Below the pieces are notes generated by a model. The model worked only from the letters and a program-made list of their open reading frames with translations. It ran no database searches and was not told the origin of the DNA. From Candidatus Hadarchaeales archaeon (GTDB lineage Archaea; Hadarchaeota; Hadarchaeia; Hadarchaeales; JAWBSP01), in the NCBI GenBank assembly GCA_038842485.1, contig JAWBSP010000005.1, positions 1 through 56,161 of the forward strand: a stretch of DNA of 56,161 nucleotides, given 5' to 3'. A program made the translations under genes and the position numbers. How positions within the stretch are numbered: the stretch's first letter is position 1; every line of letters begins with the position of its first letter. Below are positions 10,157-20,649 of this stretch, piece by piece.

Positions 10157-10825
10157 CTAGCGGCTGACCGCTACGCACCTCAGTATATCGCTGGCATCCT
10201 CGCAGAGATCCGCAACACTCTCAAGGTTCTCAAGCGCCTTCTCCAGAAGGAAGGATGTGCCAGTGTCTCTTATCGCCCTGTGCCACTTCAAAAGTTTCGG
10301 AAAAAGCTTGCTCTGCCTGAACTCGTCCACTTCCTCCTCCTTCTCCTCCACTTGGTGCGAGAGTTCCAGCGCTAACTTTGGATTCTTTACAATTGCCTTC
10401 AGGGTTTCGTTCAGCTTCTGAACCGCCTCCAAATCCTTGTAAGCAAAGGCGTGCAAAATTTCCCTGAGTTCCCTACAGAACTTTCGCGGGGAAAGGTAGC
10501 GCAACTTTCCGGTGGCAGCTTTAGCGTTGGCCGCCACCTCATCCACCGTCATGACCAGCCTGACGAGTTCATCCCTGTCTATGGGATGGAAGACCCCAGA
10601 GGAAAGTTCCTCCAAGATTTTCCTTTTCAGTTCGTCAGCCTTTCTCTCGCAGGAAAAAACCTCCTCGTATATTTTCTGAACCTCCTCGGTACGCTTTTTG
10701 GCGAAGGCCTCATACGCTCTGCACATAGCGCCAACAGTACCCACCACCTCCTCCATGTGTTTCTGCTGAAGCTCCAGCAAGTATTTCTCCCTTCCCTTCC
10801 CCAGCCACCCAAACTTTCCAGCCAT
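10157..10825 (-). CDS. DUF47 PhoU-like phosphate transport regulator
   Basis: E..AD repeats, PIDRDEL, adjacent to PiT. Confidence 0.9.
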   Translation of the reverse strand: MAGKFGWLGKGREKYLLELQQKHMEEVVGTVGAMCRAYEAFAKKRTEEVQKIYEEVFSCERKADELKRKILEELSSGVFHPIDRDELVRLVMTVDEVAANAKAATGKLRYLSPRKFCRELREILHAFAYKDLEAVQKLNETLKAIVKNPKLALELSHQVEEKEEEVDEFRQSKLFPKLLKWHRAIRDTGTSFLLEKALENLESVADLCEDASDILRCVAVSR

Positions 10826-10857
10826 GGAAAACTAAAAATCACAAATATAAATGGTGG

Positions 10858-12087
10858 TCACATCCAAATCAGCTGCAACAAAAGGTGAGAAACCGCAACT
10901 GCGAGGAGGGTGAAGGGAAGCGCCACTCTAACGTATTCCCTTAGCCTTACACGGTACCCCTGTTTCTCCAACATGCCGCAGGCGATAACATTGGCTGTGG
11001 CCCCCACTGGAAGCAGATTTCCACCGATGCCTGTTCCCACAACCATCCCGTAGAGGAGGGGCATGGGACTCATTCCCAATCCGGAGGCGATTCCTTTACA
11101 GACTGGTATCATCAGCAGGGTGAAAGGAACATTATCGATGAAGCTGGAAAGACCCACCGACAACCAAACGACCAAAGCGAGGAGGAGGGAAGGATTCCGT
11201 ATCTGGAGGGTGGCAAACCAGTTGACGAACTTCTCCAGAACACCGGTGAGTTCCAGTGAGCCAACAACCACGAATATCCCGGCGATAAAGAGGAGAGTTT
11301 CCCAGTCAAATTCCTTAAGCCGGTGAAGGTTGTTTCGCATTAAAGCAAGCGAGAGAATTCCCACGCCGATACCTACTAGTCCAGGAGGCGCACGGAAGAT
11401 CAATGCCAGAATCCCCCCAACAAGAAGCGCGGTGGCACCGTATGAGACCTCGATTTTCTCCCCCGCTAGGAAGACCTTTCGGGTTTTTGTTCTGAAAACC
11501 CACAGGAGGGAAAACAGGGCTGCCACCGCACCCAAGGCCGAGATGATCCCCAGCCCGATCTTGGAGTGGAACCAGTAGAAGTCCAGAAATCCCATACCGC
11601 TCTTTTCGGCTAGAATGAGGGCGGGGGGATCCGAAACCATGGTAACGGTGGTCACGGCGTTGGAGCTGATGGCCAAGGGAATCAGATAGTCGAAGAGGCG
11701 GGAGCCCGTTCTGCGAGCGGTTTCCATCGCAATGGGGGCTAACATAAGTACCACCACGGGATTGTACAGGAAGGAAGAGAGGAAAGCCGCCAAGCAGCAC
11801 AGGTAAAAAATAATCAGCTTCTCTTGTTTGGGTCTCCGCAGTAGAGAAGAGGCGATGGCGGCCGGGACTCTGCTTTGTATGAACGCCAAGGAAAGCATTC
11901 CAAATCCCCAACACATACCGAGAACGTTCCAGTCAATTAACCGGGTGGCTTGCGAGGGACTCACCACCCCCGTCAGGAGGAGCGCACCAGCGGCGGCGAG
12001 GGCCACGTAGGCTACCCTGAATCTTCTGAGAATGATGAGGACAAAGCACGGGATGAAGACGGCGAGGGCTATGATTTGCTCGTTCAT
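10858..12087 (-). CDS. ArsB/NhaD/SLC13-family ion transporter
   Basis: SSFIDNVP, GGNLLPVGATAN, many TM helices. Confidence 0.88.
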   Translation of the reverse strand: MNEQIIALAVFIPCFVLIILRRFRVAYVALAAAGALLLTGVVSPSQATRLIDWNVLGMCWGFGMLSLAFIQSRVPAAIASSLLRRPKQEKLIIFYLCCLAAFLSSFLYNPVVVLMLAPIAMETARRTGSRLFDYLIPLAISSNAVTTVTMVSDPPALILAEKSGMGFLDFYWFHSKIGLGIISALGAVAALFSLLWVFRTKTRKVFLAGEKIEVSYGATALLVGGILALIFRAPPGLVGIGVGILSLALMRNNLHRLKEFDWETLLFIAGIFVVVGSLELTGVLEKFVNWFATLQIRNPSLLLALVVWLSVGLSSFIDNVPFTLLMIPVCKGIASGLGMSPMPLLYGMVVGTGIGGNLLPVGATANVIACGMLEKQGYRVRLREYVRVALPFTLLAVAVSHLLLQLIWM

Positions 12088-12137
12088 GCTCAACTGCCCG
12101 AATGAATTATTAACTGCCAGCTGAGTTATCGAAGATA

Positions 12138-13340
12138 ATGAATCTGAACATCCAAAATATAAGAAAAGATTTCCCCATTCTCAAAACAGGGATCATTTAC
12201 TTGGACAGTGCTTCGAGCAGCCTCACCCCCGAGCCCGTGCTCAACAAGATGCTGGAATACTACCACAGTTACAGGGCAAATGTGGGAAGGGGGATCCACA
12301 CTCTTTCGGCGAAGGCCACCGACGAGTTTGAGGCTGCGCGGAAAACGATCGGTAAGTTTATACATGCAAAGCCTGAGGAAATCATTTTCACCAAAAACAC
12401 CACTGAGGGCATAAACCTTGTAGCGGGCGGAATAAGGTGGAAGAGGGGCGACAAAATCGTTTCAACCCTGCTAGAGCATCATTCGAACTTCATCGTCTGG
12501 CAGAGGTTGGAGAAACAGGGCGTGAGGCTGGAGAAGGTTAGACCGAATGAGGAGGGCCTGTTGCAGGTTGAGGATTTTGAAAGGGCGATAGATGAGAACA
12601 CGAGGCTTGTTTCACTCACTCACGTTTCGAACGTTCTGGGAACCGTCTCACCCGTTGAGGAGATCGCGAGGCTGGCCCAGGAGCGGGGGGCCGAGCTGCT
12701 GGTGGACGGGGCACAGTCCGTCCCACACATGGAGGTGAATGTCAAGAAGTTGGGCTGCACCTACCTAGCCTTTTCGGGTCACAAGATGCTGGGACCCACC
12801 GGGATTGGGGTGCTGTATGTGAAGGAGGAGGCGGTTCAAAAACTCGAGCCCCTCTCCATAGGTGGGGGAACCATTGCCGATGTGAGTTCGGAAAGGTACG
12901 AGCTCACCAAACCTCCCGAGCGGTTTGAGGCCGGGACGCCCCCCATTGCCGAGGCCATCGGACTTGGGGAGGCTATCAGGTATCTCACCAGGATTGGCTT
13001 CCCATCCATCGAACGGCATGAAAGATTTCTCACCAAACTCACCTGCCAAGCGCTGGGAGACCTTCGTGGTGTGGAGGTTTACGGCCCAGCGGATGCTAGC
13101 AAAAGAAGGGGTATAATTCCCTTCAACGTTCGGGGGGTCGCTCCCGATGATGTTGCCAGGGTGCTTGCTAGGGCGAACATCATGGTTAGATCCGGCCACC
13201 ACTGCGCACTCCCCCTCCACAAGGAAGTGCTGAAAAGACCGGGCACCGTTAGAGTTTCGGTGTATATTTACAACACGGCCGAGGAAATCGAGAGGCTCTC
13301 CCAGATCGTTGCCGAGATCGTTAAGAAAACGGAGCTCTAG
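12138..13340 (+). CDS. sufS: Cysteine desulfurase, SufS type
   Basis: YLDSAS, EHHSN, FSGHKMLGPTG, RSGHHCA. Confidence 0.93.
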   Translation: MNLNIQNIRKDFPILKTGIIYLDSASSSLTPEPVLNKMLEYYHSYRANVGRGIHTLSAKATDEFEAARKTIGKFIHAKPEEIIFTKNTTEGINLVAGGIRWKRGDKIVSTLLEHHSNFIVWQRLEKQGVRLEKVRPNEEGLLQVEDFERAIDENTRLVSLTHVSNVLGTVSPVEEIARLAQERGAELLVDGAQSVPHMEVNVKKLGCTYLAFSGHKMLGPTGIGVLYVKEEAVQKLEPLSIGGGTIADVSSERYELTKPPERFEAGTPPIAEAIGLGEAIRYLTRIGFPSIERHERFLTKLTCQALGDLRGVEVYGPADASKRRGIIPFNVRGVAPDDVARVLARANIMVRSGHHCALPLHKEVLKRPGTVRVSVYIYNTAEEIERLSQIVAEIVKKTEL

Positions 13341-14287
13341 TCTCTGGGTGCTTTACCAGAAATCTCAAACATGCGCTCGATTGATTTACGCGCTCGCTCA
13401 GCTATCTTCTCCGGCACTTTAACCACATGCTTTTCATCCCTGAGTGCTAGGTAAACTTTCTCCAGCGAATGCTTTTTCATTTCCTTACAGACAGCCGTTT
13501 CGAGTAGGGGAATGAACTCTTTGTTTGGGTTCTCCCTCCTCAGACGGTCAACCAACCCCACCTCAGTAACTATAATGAAGCGCTTGGCCGAAGAGGCCTT
13601 AGCTCGGACTAGCATTTGTGTAGTGCTACAGATGTGCGAGGCGAGCTCCTGAACTTTTGGGTCACATTCGGGATGAACCAGTATTTCCGCATCCGGAAAG
13701 CGTTCCTTCAGGAGGGAAAGATCAGCCGGGGAAAACATTTTGTGAACGTAACAGTGTCCGTCCTCGGGGATGGGCACGATTTTCTTTCCGGAGCGCCGCT
13801 GGACGAACCAAGCTAGGTTTCGGTCTGGACCAAAAAGCACCTCTTCTTCCTCTAGCGCATTCACCACCTGCGGTGAATTCGCGGAAGTGCATATGACATC
13901 TGCCTCCGCTTTGGCCTCAGCCAAGGTATTCACATACAGCACCACAGCCGCATCTGGATGTTTTTTCTTAGCATCTCTGACAACTTGAACCGGTAGCTGG
14001 GATGCCATCGGGCAGCGAGCCTCCAAATCAGGTATCAGCACTTTTTTCTTGGGATTGAGTATCGAGGCAGTCTCCGCCATAAAATCCACGCCGCAAAAAA
14101 CGACCAGGTCCTTCTCAACCTCGGCAGATCTCCTCGCCAGCTCCAGGGAATCCCCCACAAAATCGGCGATGAGCTGCACCTCCGGTACTTGGTAGTTGTG
14201 GGCCAAAATCACCGCCCTCTTCTCCTTCCTCAACCGATTGATTTTCTCGATGAGCTGTTGTGGAGCCTTCAATCTGGAGAACTTCAT
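13337..14287 (-). CDS. nadA: Quinolinate synthase
   Basis: ILAHNYQ, FCGVDFMAE, CPMA, CYVH, HPEC, C.EMK. Confidence 0.97.
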   Translation of the reverse strand: MKFSRLKAPQQLIEKINRLRKEKRAVILAHNYQVPEVQLIADFVGDSLELARRSAEVEKDLVVFCGVDFMAETASILNPKKKVLIPDLEARCPMASQLPVQVVRDAKKKHPDAAVVLYVNTLAEAKAEADVICTSANSPQVVNALEEEEVLFGPDRNLAWFVQRRSGKKIVPIPEDGHCYVHKMFSPADLSLLKERFPDAEILVHPECDPKVQELASHICSTTQMLVRAKASSAKRFIIVTEVGLVDRLRRENPNKEFIPLLETAVCKEMKKHSLEKVYLALRDEKHVVKVPEKIAERARKSIERMFEISGKAPRD

Positions 14288-14302
14288 CTGGTGTTATATT
14301 AA

Positions 14303-15094
14303 TTGAACCCCCGTATGCTGATGGAAACGGAAATTTCCTCCTGCATAGTGAAGGAGTTTCTGGAGGATTTCTTAAGGAATCTCCACACCGATGTGATAAT
14401 AGCTGGGGCAGGCCCGGCAGGATTGACCGCTGCGAGATACCTCGCTCGACAGGGAATCAAGACCGTGGTTTTTGAGCGCAACCTCTGGGTTGGGGGAGGA
14501 ATGTGGGGCGGAGGAATGCTTTTCCCGAAAATAGTCGTGGAGGAGGAGGCCTCTGCCATCCTGAAAGAGATAGGGGTTAGATTGCAAAGCGCGGGTTCTT
14601 TTTTCGTTGCCGACCCGGCCGAAGCGGTAAGCAAATGCACTTCCTCGGCCATCGACGCTGGGGCAAAGATTTTCACCGGCATGGAAATTGAGGATCTTGT
14701 GGTAAAAAATGCTCAAGTGTGCGGGGTGGTTATAAATTGGAGTGCCGCCAAGTTGGCGAAACTACATGTGGATCCTATAGGTGTTGAATCCAAGCTCGTC
14801 ATAGATGCAACTGGACACGAGGCCTCGCTCGCAAAAATTTTATCGGAGAAGGTGGCTGGAGCCAAGCTTCCTACCCCCACCGGAAAAATCGTGGGCGAGG
14901 GTTCAATGAATGCGGAGCTAGCGGAGGAGGAGGTCGTGAAATGGACAAGGGAAGTGTATCCTGGCTTAATCGTGGCGGGGATGGCAGCGAGTGCAGTTTT
15001 TGGTTGCCCCAGGATGGGACCCATCTTCGGAGGGATGCTTCTTTCTGGTAAGAGGGCGGCCGAGATAGCGGCTGAAATGCTCAAATCGAGATAG
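14303..15094 (+). CDS. thi4: Sulfide-dependent thiazole synthase (His-type Thi4)
   Basis: GAGPAGL, GGGMWGGGMLF, LHVDP, RMGPIFGGMLLSG. Confidence 0.95.
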   Translation: MNPRMLMETEISSCIVKEFLEDFLRNLHTDVIIAGAGPAGLTAARYLARQGIKTVVFERNLWVGGGMWGGGMLFPKIVVEEEASAILKEIGVRLQSAGSFFVADPAEAVSKCTSSAIDAGAKIFTGMEIEDLVVKNAQVCGVVINWSAAKLAKLHVDPIGVESKLVIDATGHEASLAKILSEKVAGAKLPTPTGKIVGEGSMNAELAEEEVVKWTREVYPGLIVAGMAASAVFGCPRMGPIFGGMLLSGKRAAEIAAEMLKSR

Positions 15095-15170
15095 TGTAAT
15101 TTGCCCCTTGGTTTTGAGATAAGCCCGAACGTATACCGATAGATTTAAAAAACAATAAAATATCTAAAGG

Positions 15171-15398
15171 ATGCCGAGGAAAAAAGTTACACCAGAACTT
15201 GTGAAGAAAATGGAGGAGCTGAGAAAACAGGGGTGGACATATCAGAAAATTGCCACCAAGCTGGGGCTCAGCACGATGACGGTTTATAATCATCTGAAGC
15301 AGCTCCAGGGAGCGCCAAAGGAGGAAGCCCCCAAAGAGGTACCAGAGGAAAAAAAGGAAGAGAGGAAAGGATTCTTCAGACGGCTATTCGGGAGATAG
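15171..15398 (+). CDS. Small HTH protein with a C-terminal amphipathic helix
   Basis: GWTYQKIATKLGLSTMTVYNHL helix-turn-helix; C-terminus KGFFRRLFGR. Confidence 0.75.
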   Translation: MPRKKVTPELVKKMEELRKQGWTYQKIATKLGLSTMTVYNHLKQLQGAPKEEAPKEVPEEKKEERKGFFRRLFGR

Positions 15399-15439
15399 AA
15401 TTCTGTCTAAAAGACCGCTTTACAGAAAATTTCTCTAAA

Positions 15440-15982
15440 CTAGAAACCGAATGTTACCACTCGGGTGCCAAAGGCGCAAAGTTTCAGCTGTTTGCAACCC
15501 CTGCAAAGATTAATAATTCCGTGAACTTTTTACCGAGCTCGAGTTCGTGGGCCGGATCGCAGGCATCCACCCTGAATGCCTTCGGTGTCCCGAAAGCCAG
15601 CAGAGTGAGCGTTCTGGTTATCCCCTTCACCCTATGATTTTCTCGGGAACTATCTTCGAGAGTTTATCAAAAGAGTCGGCCTCGATCTTGGCCACAATGG
15701 AATAGGGACCGGCAACCGAGTAGACCTCCGAAACCTCCTCCATCGCCTGAAGCTCGTTTAGAACGCTCGCAATTTTCCCGACCTCTCTATTAAAACGAAA
15801 CCCACCGGTGCTCGGTGACGGTCTGGGCCACCTTCTCAAACTTGTCTGCCTCGAGCTTGACCAAGACATCATAGGGTCCCGCCACCAAGTATGCCTCCGT
15901 CACCCCAGGTAGGGTTTTGACCTTCTTGACGAGCGGGGGCCTTCCCGACCTCCACTTGGATGAGGACAAAGGCGACTACCAT
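15440..15982 (-). pseudogene. Decayed tandem Lrp/AsnC ligand-binding-domain gene(s) with a Cys-rich tail
   Basis: [14 protein letters not shown] / LVKKVKTLPGVTEAYLVAGPYDVLVK / EVYSVAGPYSIVAKIE / VKGITRTLTL / LCRGCKQLKLC lie in different frames. Confidence 0.75.
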
Positions 15983-17346
15983 CATCCCAGTTTGGGAACG
16001 ACTTTTGGTATTTTCGCTATGGCCTCACGCACGGCCTCCTCTGGGTACTCGTAGTCCACGAGCTTTCCCCTCAGGAAGGAATCCCAAGCACTGAGATCGA
16101 GCAAACCGTGACCCGAATTGTTAAACAGAATCACTTTCTCTTCCCCGGTTTCCCTGCACTTGAGCGCCTCGTCCACCACGGCCTTGACGGCGTGGGCAGT
16201 CTCGGGAGCAATCACGAACCCCTCCGCTTGGGCGAAAATCCTAGCCGCCTGGAAGACCTCGTTCTGGTGGTAGGCGGCGGCTTCCATGTATCCCTCGTTG
16301 GTTAGCTTGCAGAGCAGCGGGGCGTCACCGTGATATCTTAGACCCCCAGCGTGGATGGGTGGAGGAACATAGGTGTGCCCGAGCGTGTACATCTTGAGCA
16401 GAGGGGTCATCCTAGCAGTATCCCCAAAATCATAGGTGTATACCCCCTTGGTCAGAGTGGGGCAGGCCTTGGGCTCGCAGGAGATGGCCCTCAGGTTGGG
16501 TTTCTTTCCCGTGAGCTTGTCCGCAAGGAACGGAAAGGAAAGACCTGCAAAGTTACTTCCTCCACCCACACAACCCACCAAGATATCTGGGTACTCGCCG
16601 ATTTTCTCCATCTGCATTTTTGCCTCCAGACCCACCACCGTCTGGTGAAGCAGAACGTGGTTCAACACGCTACCTAGGGAATACTTGGTTCTGGGGTGGG
16701 TGACTGCATCCTCGATGGCCTCCGAGATGGCAATCCCCAGCGACCCGGGACAGTTTGGATCCTCCTGGAGTACCTTTCTGCCGAACTGGGTCCGGTCACT
16801 CGGGCTCGGAATGCACTCCGCCCCCCAAATTTCCATCAGAATCCTCCGGTAGGGCTTCTGCTCGTAGCTTGCCCGGACCATGTAAACAGTGCATTTCATC
16901 TCGAAGAGCATGGTAGCGAAGGAGAGCGCACTGCCCCACTGTCCCGCCCCCGTCTCGGTGGTCAGGCGCTCTATCCCCTCCTTCTTGTTAAAGTAGGCCT
17001 GCGCAACGGCGGTGTTGGGTTTGTGGCTTCCAGGGGGACTCACTCCCTCCCACTTGTAGTATATTCGCGCTGGCGTTTTCAGGGCCCGCTCCAGACGCAC
17101 CGCTCTGTAAAGTGGGGTGGGTCTCCAAATCCTATAAACTTCCCTCACCTCCTCCGGGATTGGAATCCAGCGTTCTGTGCTTATCTCCTGCTGGATTAGA
17201 GACTTTGGAAAAACCGCCTCCAGCATCTCGGGCTTGATGGGCTCCCCCGTTGCAGGATTCAGCGGGGGAGGAAGGGGCGTGGGAAGGTCCGCTTGGATGT
17301 TATACCAGTACTTCGGAATCTCCTCTTCCGACAGCAGAATCTTCAT
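15982..17346 (-). CDS. trpB2: TrpB2 (tryptophan synthase beta-like, operon-independent type)
   Basis: [36 protein letters not shown]. Confidence 0.95.
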   Translation of the reverse strand: MKILLSEEEIPKYWYNIQADLPTPLPPPLNPATGEPIKPEMLEAVFPKSLIQQEISTERWIPIPEEVREVYRIWRPTPLYRAVRLERALKTPARIYYKWEGVSPPGSHKPNTAVAQAYFNKKEGIERLTTETGAGQWGSALSFATMLFEMKCTVYMVRASYEQKPYRRILMEIWGAECIPSPSDRTQFGRKVLQEDPNCPGSLGIAISEAIEDAVTHPRTKYSLGSVLNHVLLHQTVVGLEAKMQMEKIGEYPDILVGCVGGGSNFAGLSFPFLADKLTGKKPNLRAISCEPKACPTLTKGVYTYDFGDTARMTPLLKMYTLGHTYVPPPIHAGGLRYHGDAPLLCKLTNEGYMEAAAYHQNEVFQAARIFAQAEGFVIAPETAHAVKAVVDEALKCRETGEEKVILFNNSGHGLLDLSAWDSFLRGKLVDYEYPEEAVREAIAKIPKVVPKLG

Positions 17347-17393
17347 TTTCCATCTAGATGGTCAATTTAAGACTTTACTCCCCATTTTTGTGC

Positions 17394-18014
17394 ATGAAAG
17401 GGCTCTCAATGCTCCCAGTTGGCCTTCTGGTCGGCCTCTCCGGCTCGCTCCTTCCAGGCCCCATGCTCGCCTACACCGCTACTAAATCGCTCTCGGACGG
17501 TGCGGGCGTGGGAACGAGGGTGGTGAGCGGACATCTCCTGACCGAAGCATTCTACCTCCTGCTGTTCCTGCTGGGCTTCAGAACAGTCTTTCAGCTTCCC
17601 TCCGTTCAGACAGCTCTAGAACTGACCGGTGGTTTTCTGTTGGTCCTGCTGGCGGGTTTGGCCTTGAGATCGGCCCTCAGGCGACTTGAAACTTCACCTC
17701 TTGTCTTGGGTTCTAACCCGCTGGTAGGAGGTGTGCTTCTTAGCAGTGTCCTGAATCCCACCGTTCCGCTGTGGTGGGTAGGAATCGGTTTCCCCAACCT
17801 TCTGGCGGCATATCAGCTCGGTTCTCTCCTAGGTCTCGCTTTCTGGTTAGTGGGTCATGCCTTGTCCGACATTGTATGGTTCGGTGGAGTTTCCATCTTG
17901 TGCGCGAGGGGGAAAAAATTCATCGGGACTGGTTTTCACCGGGCGCTCCTCTTGGGTTGCAGCACCTTTCTGCTCACTTGGGGGGCCTTCCTGATTTTAC
18001 ACGTTGCTCTATAA
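17394..18014 (+). CDS. LysE-family translocator
   Basis: LLPGPM, GHLLTE, LNP..WW, GHALSD..W. Confidence 0.85.
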   Translation: MKGLSMLPVGLLVGLSGSLLPGPMLAYTATKSLSDGAGVGTRVVSGHLLTEAFYLLLFLLGFRTVFQLPSVQTALELTGGFLLVLLAGLALRSALRRLETSPLVLGSNPLVGGVLLSSVLNPTVPLWWVGIGFPNLLAAYQLGSLLGLAFWLVGHALSDIVWFGGVSILCARGKKFIGTGFHRALLLGCSTFLLTWGAFLILHVAL

Positions 18015-18076
18015 CGAGATCACCTAAAGCCCGCGAACTGGCTCAGCCTTCCTAGCTGTATGTTAACAGAATCGAA

Positions 18077-18859
18077 TTAACTTGCTCCCTTTTTCAACTC
18101 TTTCAAAAAACCAGAAATTTCTGGGAGTGTTTCCTCGGGTCTTTCAAGCTTCTTTGAGTAAATGTCTGCAATGGCGCTACCGACAACCACCCCATCCGCA
18201 CCCGCGGAAAGAACGGCTCGGACATGCTCCGGCCTAGAAATACCAAACCCCACGAGCAGGGGCAAATCCGTCAGCCGCCTCACCCTCCTAATGAGTTCCA
18301 AAGTTGAGGGTGGCAGAGTTTCCCTAGCACCCGTGACACCTTCAACGTTTATTATATACAGGAAGCCGCTGGCGGCCTCGATAATTTTGACCAGCCTCTC
18401 CTCAGTTGTGCTGGGCGCCACCTGAAATATAAAATCTATACCCAGCTCCTGAGTTTTTTCCGCAATTTCCCTCGCTTCCTCAAAAGGAAGATCGGGGATG
18501 ATTAATCCCTGAACTCCAGAGTCGACCAACCTGCCCAAGAAACTGTCTACTCCGTGGGCGTACGGGATATTCATGTAGGTAGTGACGATGATGGGAACTT
18601 CTACTCCCTCCTCCCTGAGTTTCCTCACCCCCTCCAAGCACTGGGAAGGGGTAATCCCTCCCCTCAGAGCCCTCTCGCAGGCGGCAATGAAGGTGGGGCC
18701 ATCCGCTATCGGGTCGGAGTAGGGGATTCCCACCTCGAGAAGATCGGCCCCGTTTTCGACCAAGGTTTTGAGAAGTTTCAGCGAGAACTCCTCGCTGGGG
18801 TCGCCATAGTAGACGTGAGGCATGAGAATTCCCCTCCTGCCCTTCAGGTCAAGCCCCAT
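18077..18859 (-). CDS. trpA: Tryptophan synthase alpha
   Basis: EVGIPYSDPIADGP, GVTGAR, VGFGIS. Confidence 0.97.
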   Translation of the reverse strand: MGLDLKGRRGILMPHVYYGDPSEEFSLKLLKTLVENGADLLEVGIPYSDPIADGPTFIAACERALRGGITPSQCLEGVRKLREEGVEVPIIVTTYMNIPYAHGVDSFLGRLVDSGVQGLIIPDLPFEEAREIAEKTQELGIDFIFQVAPSTTEERLVKIIEAASGFLYIINVEGVTGARETLPPSTLELIRRVRRLTDLPLLVGFGISRPEHVRAVLSAGADGVVVGSAIADIYSKKLERPEETLPEISGFLKELKKGAS

Positions 18860-20015
18860 ACACGTGCCTCAGGATGGTGTCTAGATCCTTGTCTCCCCTC
18901 CCAGAATAGTTTATTACCACCACCTCATCCTTCCCAAACTCCTCCCTGTGGTTCAGCACGTAGGCGATAGCGTGGGCGGTCTCGAGGGCAGGAATGAGTC
19001 CCTCAGTTTTGCACATCACCTTAACGGCCTCGAAGACCTCTTGGTCAAAGGCGTAACCTGCCTTGACCCTTCCTGTCTGCACCAAGTGAGAGATTTCCGG
19101 ACCCCTCCCGGGATAGTTGAGCCCAGCAGCCCTAGTTTTGGAGGGCTTAACCTGTCCGTTCTCATCCTGAAGAATCCACATCAGTGCCCCGTGAAGTATG
19201 CCTGGCCTTCCTATCTGAAAGGCCGCCGCACAGTTGTCCGCATCCAAGCTCTCCCCCCCACCCTCCACGAAGTAAAGTCTCACCTCATCCTCCAGAAAGG
19301 CCCTGAAGGCCCCGATGGCGTTGCTGCCCCCGCTTCCACAGGCCACCACGGCGTCCGGTAACCTCCCCTCCCTCTCGAGGATCTGTTCCCTGATCTCCCT
19401 TCCAATGACGCTCTGGAAGGTGGCGACCATCTCCGGGAAGGGGTGCGGGCCCACCGTGGAGCCCATCAGGTAGTGTGCCGTCCTCCAGACCTCAGCCCAT
19501 CTCCTGAGCGTGTCCGAAACGGCATCCTTCAAAACCCCCGTCCCCGTCGAAACTGGGATGACCTTCGCCCCGAGCAACCTCATCTTCTTCACGTTGGAGG
19601 CCTGCCTCTCCATGTCCTTGACCCCCATGTACACCTCCACCTCCATGCCCAGTACGGCGCCGGCCATGGCCACCGAAAGACCATGCTGACCAGCCGCGGT
19701 CTCGGTGATCAGCATCCTCTTTCCCATCCTCTTGGCCAGCAGGGCCTGCCCCAGGCTGTTGTTCAGCTTGTGCGAACCGCCCGTAACCATGTCCTCCCTC
19801 TTCAGGTAGACCTTGAAGCCCACCAGCTCGCTGAAATTCCGGGCGTGGTAGAGGGGCGTGGGTCTCCCAGCATAATCCCTGAGAAGCAGATTCAGCTCCC
19901 TCTGGAACTCGGGAGTGGGGTAAATTCTCCTGAAGGCCTCCTCCAATTCGATGAGTGCCTGCATCAGAACCTCGCTGACGTACCTCCCACCGAAAATCCC
20001 GAACCTCTCAGGCAT
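18849..20015 (-). CDS. trpB: Tryptophan synthase beta
   Basis: YAGRPTPL, LKRED..GSHKLNN, SGRGDKD. Confidence 0.97.
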   Translation of the reverse strand: MPERFGIFGGRYVSEVLMQALIELEEAFRRIYPTPEFQRELNLLLRDYAGRPTPLYHARNFSELVGFKVYLKREDMVTGGSHKLNNSLGQALLAKRMGKRMLITETAAGQHGLSVAMAGAVLGMEVEVYMGVKDMERQASNVKKMRLLGAKVIPVSTGTGVLKDAVSDTLRRWAEVWRTAHYLMGSTVGPHPFPEMVATFQSVIGREIREQILEREGRLPDAVVACGSGGSNAIGAFRAFLEDEVRLYFVEGGGESLDADNCAAAFQIGRPGILHGALMWILQDENGQVKPSKTRAAGLNYPGRGPEISHLVQTGRVKAGYAFDQEVFEAVKVMCKTEGLIPALETAHAIAYVLNHREEFGKDEVVVINYSGRGDKDLDTILRHVYGA

Positions 20016-20649
20016 TTTTGACCGCCTCCAAGAACCTCTTCATCTTTTCGGGATCCTTCCTTCCCGGCATGCTCTCAATCCCCGTTGAAACGTCCACCCC
20101 ATCGGGTTCGACCATCTGGATGGCTTTCGCAACGTTTTCCGGGTTGAGACCGCCCGCAAGAAAGAAGGGTAGCTTCACGTTTCTCCTGATTTCCCGACTT
20201 ATCCCCCAGTCGTGCACCAGTCCAGTTCCACCTCCCGTCGGTCCGTGGGTGTCGAGCAGCACCATGTCGCACAGGGATGCGTGGGTTTCAATGGCCTCCA
20301 AGATGGGAGCGGCGGAAACGCGGCCGAGCGGTACGGAGAAAACCATGATGATTCCGGCTTTTTCCCTCAGCCTCCTGAGCTGCTCCGGACTGAAGATTGG
20401 GGGTATCTGGATGTAATCCGGCCGGAGAACCCTAACCGCCTCGAGCAGCCTCGGGAACTCCATCCTGGTCACGCAGACCCTCCCTATCCCGCCCGGTACC
20501 TGACTCATGAGTTTCCCCGCTCGCTCCACCTCCAAGTTTCTTGGTGAGGAGGGAATGCCCACGATGAACCCCACATAGTCGGGTTTGAGTTCACATGCTA
20601 GGCTCAGGTCCTCCTCGCAGGTGAAGCCGCAGAACTTAACCTTCACCAT
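20008..20649 (-). CDS. trpF: Phosphoribosylanthranilate isomerase
   Basis: VKFCG, GGTG, LAGGLNPENV, GVDVSTG. Confidence 0.96.
   Translation of the reverse strand: MVKVKFCGFTCEEDLSLACELKPDYVGFIVGIPSSPRNLEVERAGKLMSQVPGGIGRVCVTRMEFPRLLEAVRVLRPDYIQIPPIFSPEQLRRLREKAGIIMVFSVPLGRVSAAPILEAIETHASLCDMVLLDTHGPTGGGTGLVHDWGISREIRRNVKLPFFLAGGLNPENVAKAIQMVEPDGVDVSTGIESMPGRKDPEKMKRFLEAVKNA

Noticed and set aside
17389-17394. TRP box upstream of trpB2
   Set aside because: Only a single TGTGCA half-site with no partner at 4-bp spacing
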